Part shown: in pieces, positions 25,894-38,617 of the stretch | Layout: every line of letters begins with the position of its first letter | Numbering within the stretch: position 1 is the stretch's first letter | Notes under the pieces: generated by a model | Seen by the model: only the letters and a program-made list of their open reading frames with translations | The model's database searches: none | What the model was told of the DNA's origin: nothing | Position numbers and translations under genes: made by a program | From: Cirrosporium novae-zelandiae | Lineage: Eukaryota | DNA: 64,000 bases | NCBI GenBank assembly: GCA_026023565.1 | Contig: JAPETS010000034.1 | Location: 186,001-250,000, forward strand | Direction: 5' to 3'

Positions 25894-27422
25894 TTATCTA
25901 ACTGGCCATCTGCCTTCAACTTTGCTACGGAGACCAGCCTTCTCTACAACACCATGTGCCCTTATGTCAGCCTCTTTCCAAATTTCTTCCTCGTTCATTG
26001 TAGCTAGCCTTCCATTTTCAACAACCACTTTTCCATCCACAACTACTAGTTCGACATCTCGTCCAGTTGCTGTATAGACTATGGCGCTGACTGGTGAAAA
26101 GTATGGTTGTAGGTGGACGCGCCGCATGTCAATGGCTACGAAGTCTGCCCTCTTCCCTATTTCTAGGCTTCCGATACTGTCTGATAGTCCCAGGGCCTTA
26201 GCACCATTGATAGTTGCCATCTCAAGGACAGTTTCTGCTGGTACCATAGTTGGGTTATAGCTCTTGGCTTTATGAATGATTCCAGCAAGTTTCATTTCCT
26301 GCAGAAGATCATCCGTGTTATTACAAGGCGCACCATCTGTACCCAGCGAAACATTGACGCCGGAGTCAAGTAGATCTGGAACTCTGCATATCCCACTTGC
26401 TAATTTGGCATTAGACGTAGGGCAATGCACAACATGTGTATGTGTCTCCGCTAATTTAGCAATGTCAGAGTCATCAAGATGAACCATATGCACCAGAACT
26501 GTGTTGGGCCCTAGCAATCCTACGGACGAGCAATATGACATTGGAGTGTGAGATACAGAATCGAAGAACACTCGATCAGCTGCAATCTCGGCGCAATGCA
26601 TTGTAATCGGAATGCCTTTTGATTTGGATATAGACGAAATCTCTTTATAGAGTGCATCGGAGACACTGCGAATCCTGATTTATTACCGTGCCCCAATAGT
26701 TTGCAAGGGATAAAACTCACCCTCCTGGAGTCCTAGCTCCAAACCAAACTCGAATTCTATCATTTGCTTTCTTATCCCATTTTTCCCACATCCTGATTGC
26801 TCCGAGCAATGAAGTTTCTCTGTCCTCAACAAGACCAGAATGCATAGCCCATTTCGGATCTTTGGCATATTTTGCAATATCCATGACAATCTTTCCTAGG
26901 CATCCTCTGATCCCACTTTCTTCAACCGCTTTACAGAGCCCATCAAAGCCATATCTATCTGCGAACATACTTTCAAGGAAGCACGTGGTCCCCGAAAGCA
27001 GCATCTCGGCTATACTGAGGCGGGCTGCAGCATAGCCATCCTCAGTAGTGAAGTTGCCTTGGAGGACCCAAATCCTTTCGCAAAGCCATGAGACTAATTC
27101 AAGATCATCTGCAGCACCTAGTACTCGTCACAAATGCAAGAACAGCGTTTTATTGTTAGTTGATACTCGCTCAGGGATGGAAGCCACGAAATATAAACAT
27201 ACCTCGCAAGAGAGTCTGCGCGGTATGCATATGCGTATTGATTAATCCAGGAATGATAATGCGACCCTCCAAGTCAATGACTTCCTCCCCCGGATATTTA
27301 CCGTTCAGGACATCGGCCTTGTCGATATCTGCGATAACGTTGCCCTGCACGAGAATTGCTCCATCTTTGATGATATCCCTAGAAGAATTCACCGTAATGA
27401 TCGTAGCGTGACTATACAGCAT
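25894..27422 (-). CDS. Metal-dependent amidohydrolase (MTA/SAH deaminase / AtzA-like)
   Basis: [48 protein letters not shown]; two introns. Confidence 0.92.
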
Positions 27423-27504
27423 TATGAACAGATTAGCACATATAACAGATTCAAGATATTTACACAATTCAGTTCTAATACTATTGTGAAAATAGGTAGG
27501 TAGG

Positions 27505-27543
27505 GCGGGGCATTATCTATTTGTATTTTCCTTATCGATAAGG
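27505..27543. promoter_or_regulatory. Candidate CreA site and GATA (AreA-type) sites upstream of the amidohydrolase
   Basis: GCGGGG (SYGGRG consensus) at 27505, TTATCT, and the perfect palindrome CCTTATCGATAAGG at 27530-27543. Confidence 0.4.
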
Positions 27544-28525
27544 ATGCACTAAAGAAAATACGCTAACAATCAGTCTATCAGTGAATTGGTGTTACCCGCG
27601 ACTTTCTTCTTGCTTTTGACATGAATGTATTGCATATCCAATCCTACCCCTACCCCTAATCATTTTCAATTTATCATGGAAATGGCACATATGAAATAAT
27701 CATTAATAAAAATAGATATCTTAGAAAGGTAGCATAATAACCACCATCCCGATAGGAATTTGCTTAGTCCGTACCTCAAGGCCTAACGAAGTTGTACGGT
27801 ACAAGAAATAAAAATAACTTTCAGGCACCCTCTCATGACATTGGGATAATCCGGGAACCATTTTTACAATTTCCACTAGTCCTGGCATGCATCGCTAGAT
27901 GAACTCTCGCTTAAGATATGGTTTTCAGCAGGGATAGCTCTTGATTAATATCCCGGAGTATTCCGTGCCGAGATTAGATAGCTACGATAGCATATCTTTC
28001 ATTAATTTAATTCTCCATAAGCTTAAATGAACCACGTGCATTCACGGTACTGGTATCGTGAATGGTGTGAACGGACCTCTTTTTACAGGTTAAGAGGGGC
28101 GATCCGAACTAATAAGGCCGACAACTTTGAATTAACGTCTGATGCTGCCCAAGTTTCCAAGACAAGAAACAAAAAAATAGATGGAATCTCACTGGCGTTA
28201 ATTATTTCTTGGATGATTCGAACCTATAAATTTACTAGCCTCGTCAGCCCAATTTACAACCTGATCATGCTTCGCTGTTGTCAGAAATTAGCATGGTAGG
28301 ATGACTAGTAGGCAATCATTTGCCAAATTCCCTGTCCAGATGCGATGACCTGCCCAATAATTACTATAAAGATGGAAGGCCGTCGCTCCCGGCAAGGGAC
28401 AGAGTCTCGAGAGCATGCGCATTTCTTTACATAGGTTGGAACTCTTCTCTCCTATAGGAAGAATCCAAAGTGTTGCTCGTATCATCGAAAAGGGCAATCC
28501 ATTTCTACTTCACTTATCCCGGGTA

Positions 28526-30371
28526 ATGTCGAGTACACAGCAAGAATCAGATGGCCACAAGAAGCGGGTTATAATAGTGGGAGCAGGATGGTCCGGGCTT
28601 GCGGCAGCTAAAACGTATGTCTCTAAAGCACTCGGCTGCATCAGAATTAATCATGGGAAATCTAGTTATCTTCAGATTTGCCCGACGGTCGATTTAAAAA
28701 TCTTCGATGAAGACTCTTCCGTGGGCGGGGTATGGAGTGCCTCACGCGCATATCCCAATCTCATCGCCGATAGTCCCGTTGGATTGTATGAATTCTCGGA
28801 CTTGACAATGGCTGATGAAGAGCATCCACAATATGGAAGGATTTCAGGACTAGGGGTTCACAATTATCTCGAACGTTTCGCCGTGAAATTTGGCCTGCTT
28901 AGCCGAATAAGATTTAATACAAAGGTCACCAATATCAGTCGTCAGGGGAAAGAATGGAAGATAGCAACCAAAGATTTCGAAGGAGAAAAAATGCTGCAAT
29001 GTGACAAGTTGATCATAGCAACAGGACTCAGTTCTAACCCCAACGTGCCTGACGTCCCAAATAATGGTTACAAGGGTGTTATAATGCACTCGAAATCTTT
29101 GGGAGTCAAGTATTCTCAGCTAACCAACGACTCGGTCAAGGAGGTTGTTGTAGTTGGAGGTTGCAAGTCTGCCATCGAAACTACGATTTTGTGTCTTTCC
29201 GCCGGCAAGAAGGTTCATTGGGTGGTTCGAGAAAACGAAAAAGGCCATGGTGTTGGTCCCATTGTCGTTGTCAAGAGGAATGCTGGCAAAGCTGCACTTA
29301 TAAACAACTTGCGCCTCTCTTCATTGCTTTTTCCATCTATATATAGAACCGACGGATTTGCTTACCGGTTCTTTTGCAAAAGTTCGCTGGGTATGAGGAT
29401 AATGAACTATTTGGAAACCAAGAGTAGCCAGTTCATAAGCTCTACGGTAGGGTATGAAAAAAGCGAGAATGGGCAAAAAATCAGACCAGAAATTTTGGGA
29501 AACTCGTATGCTCTTTTCAATGTATATGAACGAAGAAAAATAAATAACCATAATCAGATTTTTCTGGAAGACTTCAAGTGTATCTGTCGTTACGAGTGAT
29601 AGCGAGTTCCTGGATGTTTTGCATGACCCCGAAAAGAAGCGACTGGTTGTCCACCGTGCTAGCATCACCCGTCTCACGGGTTCTGGAGTCCATCTCTCCA
29701 CAGGAGAAATAATCTCCGCTGAAGGAATAGTTTATGCCACTGGCTGGAGACCAAATACCCCAATGTTTTCGAAGGAGATGCTTCCAGAACTTGGCCTTCC
29801 AACACTACTCTCTGATGAACCACCCGAACTTTCGAAACATTGGGCATCCCTTGATAAGCAGGCGGGTTCCTATATCGAGAAAATGTTTCCCAAACTTGCC
29901 TCTCCACCTTCTCGTCGTATATTCCCTCCAACACGTACCCATTTCCGTCTCTACCGGGGGATAGTTCCATGTTCACTTGTTGCGCAGTCTGACCTTTCTC
30001 TCACTTTCCTTGGACTGATCGCAACAACTCAAACAGCGCAGCTAGCTGAACTATCTGCTCTCTGGGCGGTTACCTGGATGGAAGGACTGATGAAGGTACC
30101 TTCAAAGGAAGAGAGCGAAAAACAAATTGCAGAGTTTAATGCTTGGATGGAACGACGGTATTTATCAAACGTAAGAGCCAAGCCTTTAATCACAACAGAA
30201 ATGCAGACACATTTTGATAGACTTGTTGAGGATCTGGGTTTACCAGTTGCAAGAAAGAGGAAGGGTATTTTTGGATGGTTCAAGGAGTATTTTGTTCCCT
30301 ATAGATCTGAGGATTATCGAGGTATTGTAGATGAATTGTTGGAAGATAGAAAAGGAATAAAGGTGGAATAA
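28526..30371 (+). CDS. Flavin-containing monooxygenase (class B FMO)
   Basis: IVGAGWSGL, GGVW, IATG, YKGVIMHS (FxGxxxHS-like), VVGGCKSA, VYATGW; two introns. Confidence 0.9.
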
Positions 30372-30784
30372 CACTCGTGTGAAAAGAGAAGCAAGGGATT
30401 CAGCAAGGAAATTAGGTGTAAATAAGAGTGTTGGCCTAAGTCGACTTCCACATTTTCGCACCTTCACACCTTCACAATAACACAATAACGCAACAACATC
30501 ACACAATCATTCGGGCTGAAGGAGGAAACGAATAAAAGAAGCAATCTTCGGCCTAACTTTCTCACCTACAAGCGCCGCATGTACGAAAAATGTGACAGCT
30601 CAGATCCGACGTTATTGAGGCTTACAGGCCCATCGCCACTTCTCGGCTGTCTCATCCTTGGATAACATAAACACCCTTATTTCAGCAGGTAATAAATCTT
30701 TTTACTTTAAGGAACTTCTCTGCTATGTCCAACTCTCCTAACAATATGCGCTTAGGAGGATTTAAGCAACCGTTTTCGAAACAA

Positions 30785-32125
30785 ATGTCCTGTCTCTGGA
30801 GACGTATATCATGGCCTATCGCAATAATTTTTGCCATCATTTTCACAACAGCTGGGATATTCAAAGACGTTCCAATCTCGCATCAGTTTCAATCACCACT
30901 TGGTGACCCTTCACCAAATTTATTTTCGAATGGCGCAATTAACTCTTATCGTCACGACATTAACGAAAATTTACTTCTAGACCACCAACAATGTCAAAGA
31001 GAATTCCCCGGACTATTTGAGGAAGTAGATCGTCACCTGAGGAACCAAACGTCACGGAAAATTACTATTGGTCAGCTTGATGAGGTTAAGATTCAGAATG
31101 GGTATGTCCGGGCCATGATTTACAGCGGAAAGGTAAGTTTATATCCCAAGGTATAATCTGCAGTTTACACTTTAATATCAGCACTTAAAACGGGCCGCTA
31201 ACTCATAATTATTCTCCGGTAGATATACATCATCGCTACCAAAGGAAAAGTTTATAGCCGAGGTCTCGCAACACTCCAAGCTTTACATGCCGCCGTCATT
31301 ACGTCTCCTGAAACCATCCCCAACATTGAATTCATCTTTAATGTTGATGACCGTGTCGACCCGACCCTCCCGCAATGGACCTATGCACGGCGGCCATCGG
31401 AAACTGAATTATGGTTAATGCCGGATTTTGGATACTGGTCATGGCCGGAAGCAAAAGTGGGAAGCTATGGCGAGGTAAGGCTTAAGGCTGCCACGCTCGA
31501 GGAGGAGTATCCCTGGAGGAGCAAGGTCGATAAACTAGTCTGGCGGGGTGCAACCATGGAACTTGGTTTAAGGGAAAGCTTGCTCAATGTGACTCGAGGT
31601 CAAGACTGGGCGGATGTCAAGGCCTTGCGCTGGCACGACAACAGTAGCCTCCAGAGAGACTACCTCCCGATGGCTGATCATTGCAAATACAAATACCTAG
31701 CCCACACAGAGGGAAACTCATACTCAGGACGCTTGAAGTATCTCCAGAATTGCGATAGTGTTATCGTAGCGCACAAAATGGACTGGATCCAACATCATCA
31801 TCCGCTACTACGGTCTTCCGGATCCGCACAGAACTACGTCGAGGTGGACCGGACATTCAAAAATCTCAACGAAACAATCCAATGGCTTCGAAGTCATGAC
31901 CACCAGGCCAGTAGGATTGCAAGCAATAGCATCAGAACCTTCCGCGATAAATATCTTACCCCCGCCGCAACAACGTGCTACTGGCGACGGCTCATCAGAG
32001 CATGGAAGATAGCTACTGATATCGAACCAGAGTTCTTCCGAGACGACAACAGGACGAGAGTGTGGAGGGGTCTACCCATTGAAAGCTATCTTTTAGAGAG
32101 ACGGCTAGATTGGGAACCTTACTAA
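30785..32125 (+). CDS. Glycosyltransferase family 90 (CAP10 / Rumi-like)
   Basis: N-terminal signal anchor; one intron about 31133-31221; PNIEF, LMPDFGYWSWPE, KLVWRG, HCKYKYLAHTEGNSYSGRLKYLQNC. Start could be 30725. Confidence 0.88.
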
Positions 32126-32965
32126 TTTTGATTGGCCTTTTGACAGGCCAAGTATGAATAATCTGTGGCTTGGATGTCCTATGTTAGGGCAGGTTGGATT
32201 GGGTCTAATAAATAATTGGCCATAGCCTTTTACTTAACCACTAATGTATTCAACCACGACAATACTTGGGCCCAAGGAATGCCGACTATCAGTCGTCGAG
32301 GTGGAACGGAGTCGTAATCGCCACAGAAGTTCGGCTTAGTTATGTATAATAGGTGAGAGACGATAGCCTGAATAAATTTCCTTCTGAAGTCAGGAGTCTT
32401 CAACTTTTATCTGTTTTTCACTTGCTTTTCACTTTAATCGCATCGCCTCCAACAAATAATAGGGATGGATGAGTCTAGATTATTTCACAACATTCACTGT
32501 TACTTTAGAGATACTCGACTAACTAATTAATTCCCCAAATTAATCTAATGATAGCCTATCATTCAGGATTATATCTCAAATGAAAGAGATACTGAAAAAT
32601 AAATAATAATAGAAGAACCTGATTACATGCATAATTCACTGGGATTTTTTACTTCTTTGTATTCAAGAACCTCTCTAGAGGGTTTCTTGAGAACCCCTAG
32701 TTCTTCTTTTTCTTCATTAGTACTTTTGGATGATATATACAAAAAAAAATCCACCATATCAACTTAACTCACCTCACTTCAACTTCCGTAATACTCCACA
32801 ACCAAACCTCCCACACTACTACACCATACCCACAAACCCCATCCTACAAAAATCCAATATTGAATTCACCCACCTATTAAGCTTACCAACTCACGACTTC
32901 GACTCACCACCTCAGCCCCCGGCCCCTCAAAGCCCATCACCAAAGAAAGATACCACCATATCTCA

Positions 32966-33896
32966 AATGCTCACTCGTCTGCTCTCAAAACGCAAACGCA
33001 ATCCCACCACACCACCATCAGTCCAAACCCCACATCGAGAACACACGTCGGATACATCAACCTCTATCTCCACCACCAAAACTTACATTAAATCATGTCC
33101 GACATTGCCGACATCTTCCGAGCCCTCTCGTATTACTGGTACTGGGAGGTCCGATTCTGGTAACACTGAAATTGGGGTTGAGACTGGAACTGAAATTACC
33201 ACCGCTGCTGCTGCTACTGAGTTGGATGACGGGATTCAAGATCGGGCGTACAAAGCTCGATTCTATGAGGTTAGTACTTCCCTTTTCTTCTTCCTCTTTC
33301 TCACCCTCTTCTCTTCTCACTCCACTAATCCCATCGGGGAAAAAAGGGGATGTTGTTAACTGAAGCAGCTACATACCCCCATCAAATCCCCCAACCCCCA
33401 ACCATACCCTTCTCACTCCCACTCCTGCTCCCCCCTCCAGCAAGCAAACACTCCGCCACGTTCTGCTCTTGCAGGGATCGAGGGTTCGGGTTTGGGTGAA
33501 TGAGGATATGATTGCGGATTTGATTGTGTAGAGTTCGCGAGAGAGGCTGCTAGAGCTTGTGGGGGTTTAAGGAGCGGGACGGAGACGGAATTGGAAAGGG
33601 AGGAGGTGAATATTGAGGACATTGAAAGGCTAGAAGGGCGCGCGAGACGGGTTTTGGATGCTGTTGATGTTGGTATAACTCTGAGGGTTGAGGGCGGTGG
33701 AGATCATGAAGATCATGAAGATGAAGACGCAGACGACAGGGTTCCTCATTCTGCTGCTGTTGCTGACGGCGAAGCCAAATCCTCGTATACTGAAAGTGAG
33801 GAGGAGTCATCACCAATCCATGATCTTTGGCAAGGTTATGAGGAATTTTGGCTCGGTGTCAGCACTGTAAGTGAGGTGGAAATGGGATGGGATTAG
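32966..33896 (+). pseudogene. Low-complexity orphan two-exon gene model containing an in-frame TGA
   Basis: Exon 1 ends FYE|GTTAGT (33270); acceptor CAG at 33368. Exon 2 frame stays open to 33896 except TGA at 33501. Confidence 0.35.
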
Positions 33897-34711
33897 ATGA
33901 TGTCGAGATGTATGGTATGGTGTGTGTGGGATGCTAGGGCAAATATTCTATAGTACATTTGCGGGGAGAAGGGGCGCTGCGTATGGAATTTAATGGTTTT
34001 GTGGGATTTTTGGGGGGGGTGAAAAAGTAAAGATTCCATTTGGCAGAGTTGGCACCTCTCATCCAATTTCGACCAATTCTCAGTCGTCATCTAAGGGTTT
34101 GTTCGATAGCTGACATGACGCATAACTTCTGAGGTAAAAAGCCTTGATTTGGAACATGCCAGGGTCATTCGGCGAATTCTATCGTGGTTTTCTTCGTACA
34201 CGAACCACCTCTAAGGATTAGGCGGGCTGCAGCAAATGTAATTACTCGTACCAGCACAGGACCCGAGGGTTTGGAAGGTTACGTACTAAGGCCAATCATT
34301 AGCGCTCTTACCGGCTCGAAGCCTGATCAGACTCAAGGGGAAATGTAGTCATAACCTTACATTTTAATTGGTCATGAAAGCTTGTTGGTATTTGTATATC
34401 AACTGCTTGCTTCCACCCTCTGCATGATGGAAGGTGATCAAATTTTGGATGCTCTTCAAAGATATCATGCTTAGGGCTAATCTCTTATAAGTTACCATGT
34501 GGCCAGCCCTCAAAATGCCTCACCATATCTATGATCATGTACGAACGCACACGCCATTCCCTTCACTATTTCAACTCGCGAGGCCCCTCAATTGTTAACT
34601 GACATTGTTTCAACACTGACTACCAGCTTTTTAATAATTGTTACAGCTATCAAGCTATTTATACTTCATTTCGTATCTCATATACTAGCAATTTGAGTGC
34701 GACCCGTGTCA

Positions 34712-35596
34712 ATGGCTACAACCTCTACTTCCCCATATAGCTGCTTGTGGTGTTTGAAAGCATTTACAACCCAAACAGATAAAAATCGCCATTCTACGCC
34801 TAAAATAACTTGTCCGAAATCAGGTTGCAGTTTAAAGTTTCGCAAAGATAAAATAAAACAATTTGAGCGGCACATGGAAGTCAACCATCCTGAAATGCTG
34901 CTCAAAGAATACATGGACTACTTCGAGGGTAAGCTGGATTCTTAATTTAGGGCCTCACAGCCTCGAGCATGCATGATTCCACGCTCAAGCTTGACAACGT
35001 CGATGCCGCATACACTCAGGAACGCTTGGATAAGGACATTTCATGAAGAACTATACGCTGATGGTTAAAAAGCAATGCGCTCTAGCCTACAGGCTATGAC
35101 AAACGTCTGCGAGCGGTCTGGTAATCAACCACCCCAGAGTTTCAAACGGTCAAAAAGTTCTAATATATCGAAAACAACTTCAATAACTAACATCAATTCT
35201 CCTTCACCCAATTCGAGCAGCTCCCATTTGTCGGGACATCCACCGACCATTAGTCAACTCAGCAATATTCAAACCGTATCGCAGGCTCAGGTCGGCCACA
35301 TCAATACTGTTGATCCTATCTTCTTGCAGAGGCCTAATCCTACAAATACCTTCCCCGATCAGTATGACCAAAGCTCTTTCAGTACCTGGAGTAATACTCA
35401 ATGGGGTTCTATCACAACAGGCAGCACCACACTTTCGGCTGATGTTGACTACCAATTGCAAAATTGGAACTCATGGCCGGCATATCGTAATGACGATACC
35501 TTCGCCACTGCTGAAATGGATTATGATAATACAACTGCAGGAGGGGATAACTTCAAACCCCCCCATGATAGATCCCCAGAAGGCGGACAGATTTAG
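34712..35596 (+). CDS. Atypical C2H2-type zinc-finger protein, paralogue 1
   Basis: CLWC-x12-H-x6-CPKSGC..HMEVNH; inferred phase-1 intron 34929-35072 (GTAAGC..GCTGAT..AAG) joins to the S/T/N/Q-rich 35075-35596 ORF. Confidence 0.7.
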
Positions 35597-36281
35597 TCAG
35601 AACATTTGGTCTCACTGGAGGACGGTTAACAGCAGAGGTTGCGCTTGGTTCGCGTATGGGAAGTCCTTGGGAAGGTCTTGCTAATTACAAGTTGGCGCTA
35701 GAAGGAAAAGCAGGGTCATGTGACGGCAGCATTGTTTCCCGAGATTTGCGGCTGCTAAGGTAGAAGATACTAAAAGACATGAATGAACGATGGAATGAAT
35801 TATATATGACTTTCGGGTTTACTTGGAAGCTAATATTTTTTTTCTCCATTATCCAGACTTCTCTCTTCATTTGATACTCATTCATTCATTCATCTCTCTG
35901 AAAGGTATGTCATTGGCTGGATAAGATAATTAATTACTAAGGCTCCGTTCTTGGACGGTAAGATGAACCATGAATTTCGTCGGAGGTCAAATTCGCTTGG
36001 TATTTAAAGTTGCATTTAGGCATAAACTTTGGAACTACCCGCCCACCGGTGACACGTGGAGTGCGGACTCGAGTATCCACCCGATCTAGCTCCGGAAGTC
36101 AAATTTAAGGTCCGCACTTAACGGGACCCAAAACTCAAACCGCTCCCCCCCCTCCCCCAAAACTCTAGGTCCGAACGGGGGCGGAGCCTCATCTTTTTTA
36201 AAAAGGACTACCTAATAATAATTTTATGAAATATATATACAATCTCCTAAACTGGCTTCCAATGTCACATGCTTGTAGGGG

Positions 36282-36452
36282 TATCATGTAAGGATTATAA
36301 TAAGTCAGATAACTATTTTCAGGCAGAGTCAGGCATCAACTTCTTTGATAAATAACAATGAGCCTCAAGATCTTAATCATTGGGCCAATAAAACTTTCAG
36401 TATTACCCCCCCTGCAAGCGTGTGATATTAGAAACCAGTTTAGGAGATAATA
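36282..36452 (+). mobile_element. Solo LTR, family A copy 2, with RIP-type mutations
   Basis: Colinear with 8670-8853; both termini converted (TG>TA, CA>TA). Confidence 0.75.
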
Positions 36453-36472
36453 ATAATAATTATTATTATTAT

Positions 36473-36718
36473 TATTGTAGAGCTAGTTCGTATACTCAGC
36501 TGAATAGGTGATGAACCCGGCTAGGGAAACAAAAGCAACAAACAAACAAATAACCTAAATAGAATAAATCTAAAATATATAAATAAACTAGGTATAAACA
36601 GCGAGGTTGTTGTATAGAAGGTTCGTGGTTGTCCAATATTGAAGGTCGTTAGAATCCTGACTTCCTAGGCCTCCTAGAAGTCCTCGGTGGGTTGCCCTCG
36701 CAGTCCTACTCTACGACA
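36473..36718. mobile_element. Probable second, unrelated solo LTR or short TIR element (family B)
   Basis: Ends TATTGTAGAG / CTCTACGACA form a 10-bp inverted repeat if two transitions are reverted; TTAT on both flanks (low complexity); abuts the family A LTR. Confidence 0.45.
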
Positions 36719-37577
36719 TTATCTAAATAAATAAATTTAAGTTTTTTACGCCTATGGGTTTTGGTTGGTTCATGGTTCATATGGAATTATTCATCGCCTT
36801 TAGGGAGGAGAGATACTGGAGTAAAGGGAGAAGGAGAAGAGAGATAAGGAAGGAAGGGGAAAGGTGGTTTTTGGTATATGGTATGTACCTAGGTATGTAT
36901 ACATTGCTGCAGATTACCAATCTAGGGCCTACAATTGAAGGAGCATAATTTACGTTACGCACAAAGTAGATCAGAGCTTGTGAGAGCGGTACTGTATCTA
37001 CGTGCTATCGTACCTCGGTCCTCGGTGGTCTTGTACTGTACGCTTTCTCCATGTCTTCTAGTTTAAACTCTACGATCTTACCCCAAGTATTTTTTTTATT
37101 AGCGCCCTCGATATTTCAGATTCTGGTAATTACTTATTATACTCGAGTAATCCGGTTATGGTTAAAATGGTTAAGGTATTTTCCGTGTCTTCGTAAGAAT
37201 GTTGAATGTTGTGGATGGAAAATGGAAGATTCTGTCTACATGAACACGTGGTATAGTCTCTAGAGACATGAAAATTCAATAAACACTGTGCGATATATGG
37301 AAAATATCAAGCTTGCATGCATAATTAATAACAAAGATAAACTACTCCGTGTATCGTGCCACCGGAAATAATGTGTCATATCCTTCATAAAGCTAATGCC
37401 ATATCTCATCCGTCATAATAAACATCAATCCAATATCTCAAAGAACTGTGGCTGCAAGCATAAGCGTAAACATCCCGAAATAGAAACCAACCACAGCAGT
37501 ATCATAAGAAAAATCCATGTGCCTGTCAAACACACCTGCTTTTAAAACCGTCGTATACTTGCATCATCGCATAAGGT

Positions 37578-38617
37578 TTAATAGTTCTCGGATGAAAGAA
37601 ACTCCGCAAACAATGCCTCTAACTCTTGAGGAGCCGTGCTTATATCTTCAAGAAGGGTTGTGCCTCCAATAGGGGTACAATCATTCTCGGGTTGGACAAA
37701 CTCCGAAAGCAATGCTTCTAACTCGTGAGAAGTTATGTTTATATTTTCAAGAGGTGTTGCGTCTTCAGTAGGAGAATAACCATTAGGTACAAGTGAGTCA
37801 TTGGTCATAATAGCGTTGTTCTGTTGATGACGGTCTTGATGAATGCTCGGGACTGGGTCATACTGGTAGCTGTAGGTAGAATTGGGAAAAGAAGTCTGAA
37901 AGCTAATATAGTTGATTGTGTCGGCATGACTGGCCCGGTCTGGCAACACGATAGGGTCCTTGCTAAGTTCGTGAGTACCTGGTAAATCTTCCGAGGGAAG
38001 AAAACTTCTAGGGCTTCCTGTGGCAGGAGAACCCGTACTGGAGCTCAAAGTCCCATTGGAGATGGGAGACGTTGCCGACTGTTGCAAGCTTGTGGTGGAT
38101 CCGTTACTAGATGGGTCACAAAGGTTTTTCATTGGCACGAAAACGGAACACAAACCTGCACAGTCATTAGCTTACCGTTGTTTATAAAAGCTTCTGTTAA
38201 TGGTTTTATGTCTACATCTCTTAATCGCTGTCACAAAGTCCTTTGCACTATAAAATGGGTTTTAATGAATCTAGGGCTGAGAATCAAGGGTGACCTACTC
38301 TCGAAGTAGTCTTTCCATTTATCTTGAGGAATTTCTGGATGGACGTTGTTCATATGCTTTTCAAAATCTTTTGTCTTGTCCTTACGATATTTCATATTGC
38401 AGGTCGGTTTCGGGCACTTTATTTTGGGCATCCAATGACGATTCAAACTTGACTCGGTTTTGAAAGAAATTGAGCAGCGTGAACAGAAGAAGGGTTTTAG
38501 CTCAGGCCTCCTTTGCGTCGATATAGCGCCATTATATGCCATCTTGCTCTTGTCTTCCGGCTTAATGGCTCGGTGTATTCGAGAATGGTTTCGGTCGGAT
38601 GAGCGCGTGACAGGCAT
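37578..38617 (-). CDS. Atypical C2H2-type zinc-finger protein, paralogue 2
   Basis: CSRC-x12-H-x6-CPKPTC..HMNNVH; phase-1 intron 38156-38298 (GTAGGT..GCTAAT..CAG) joins to the S/T-rich acidic 37578-38153 ORF. Confidence 0.75.
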
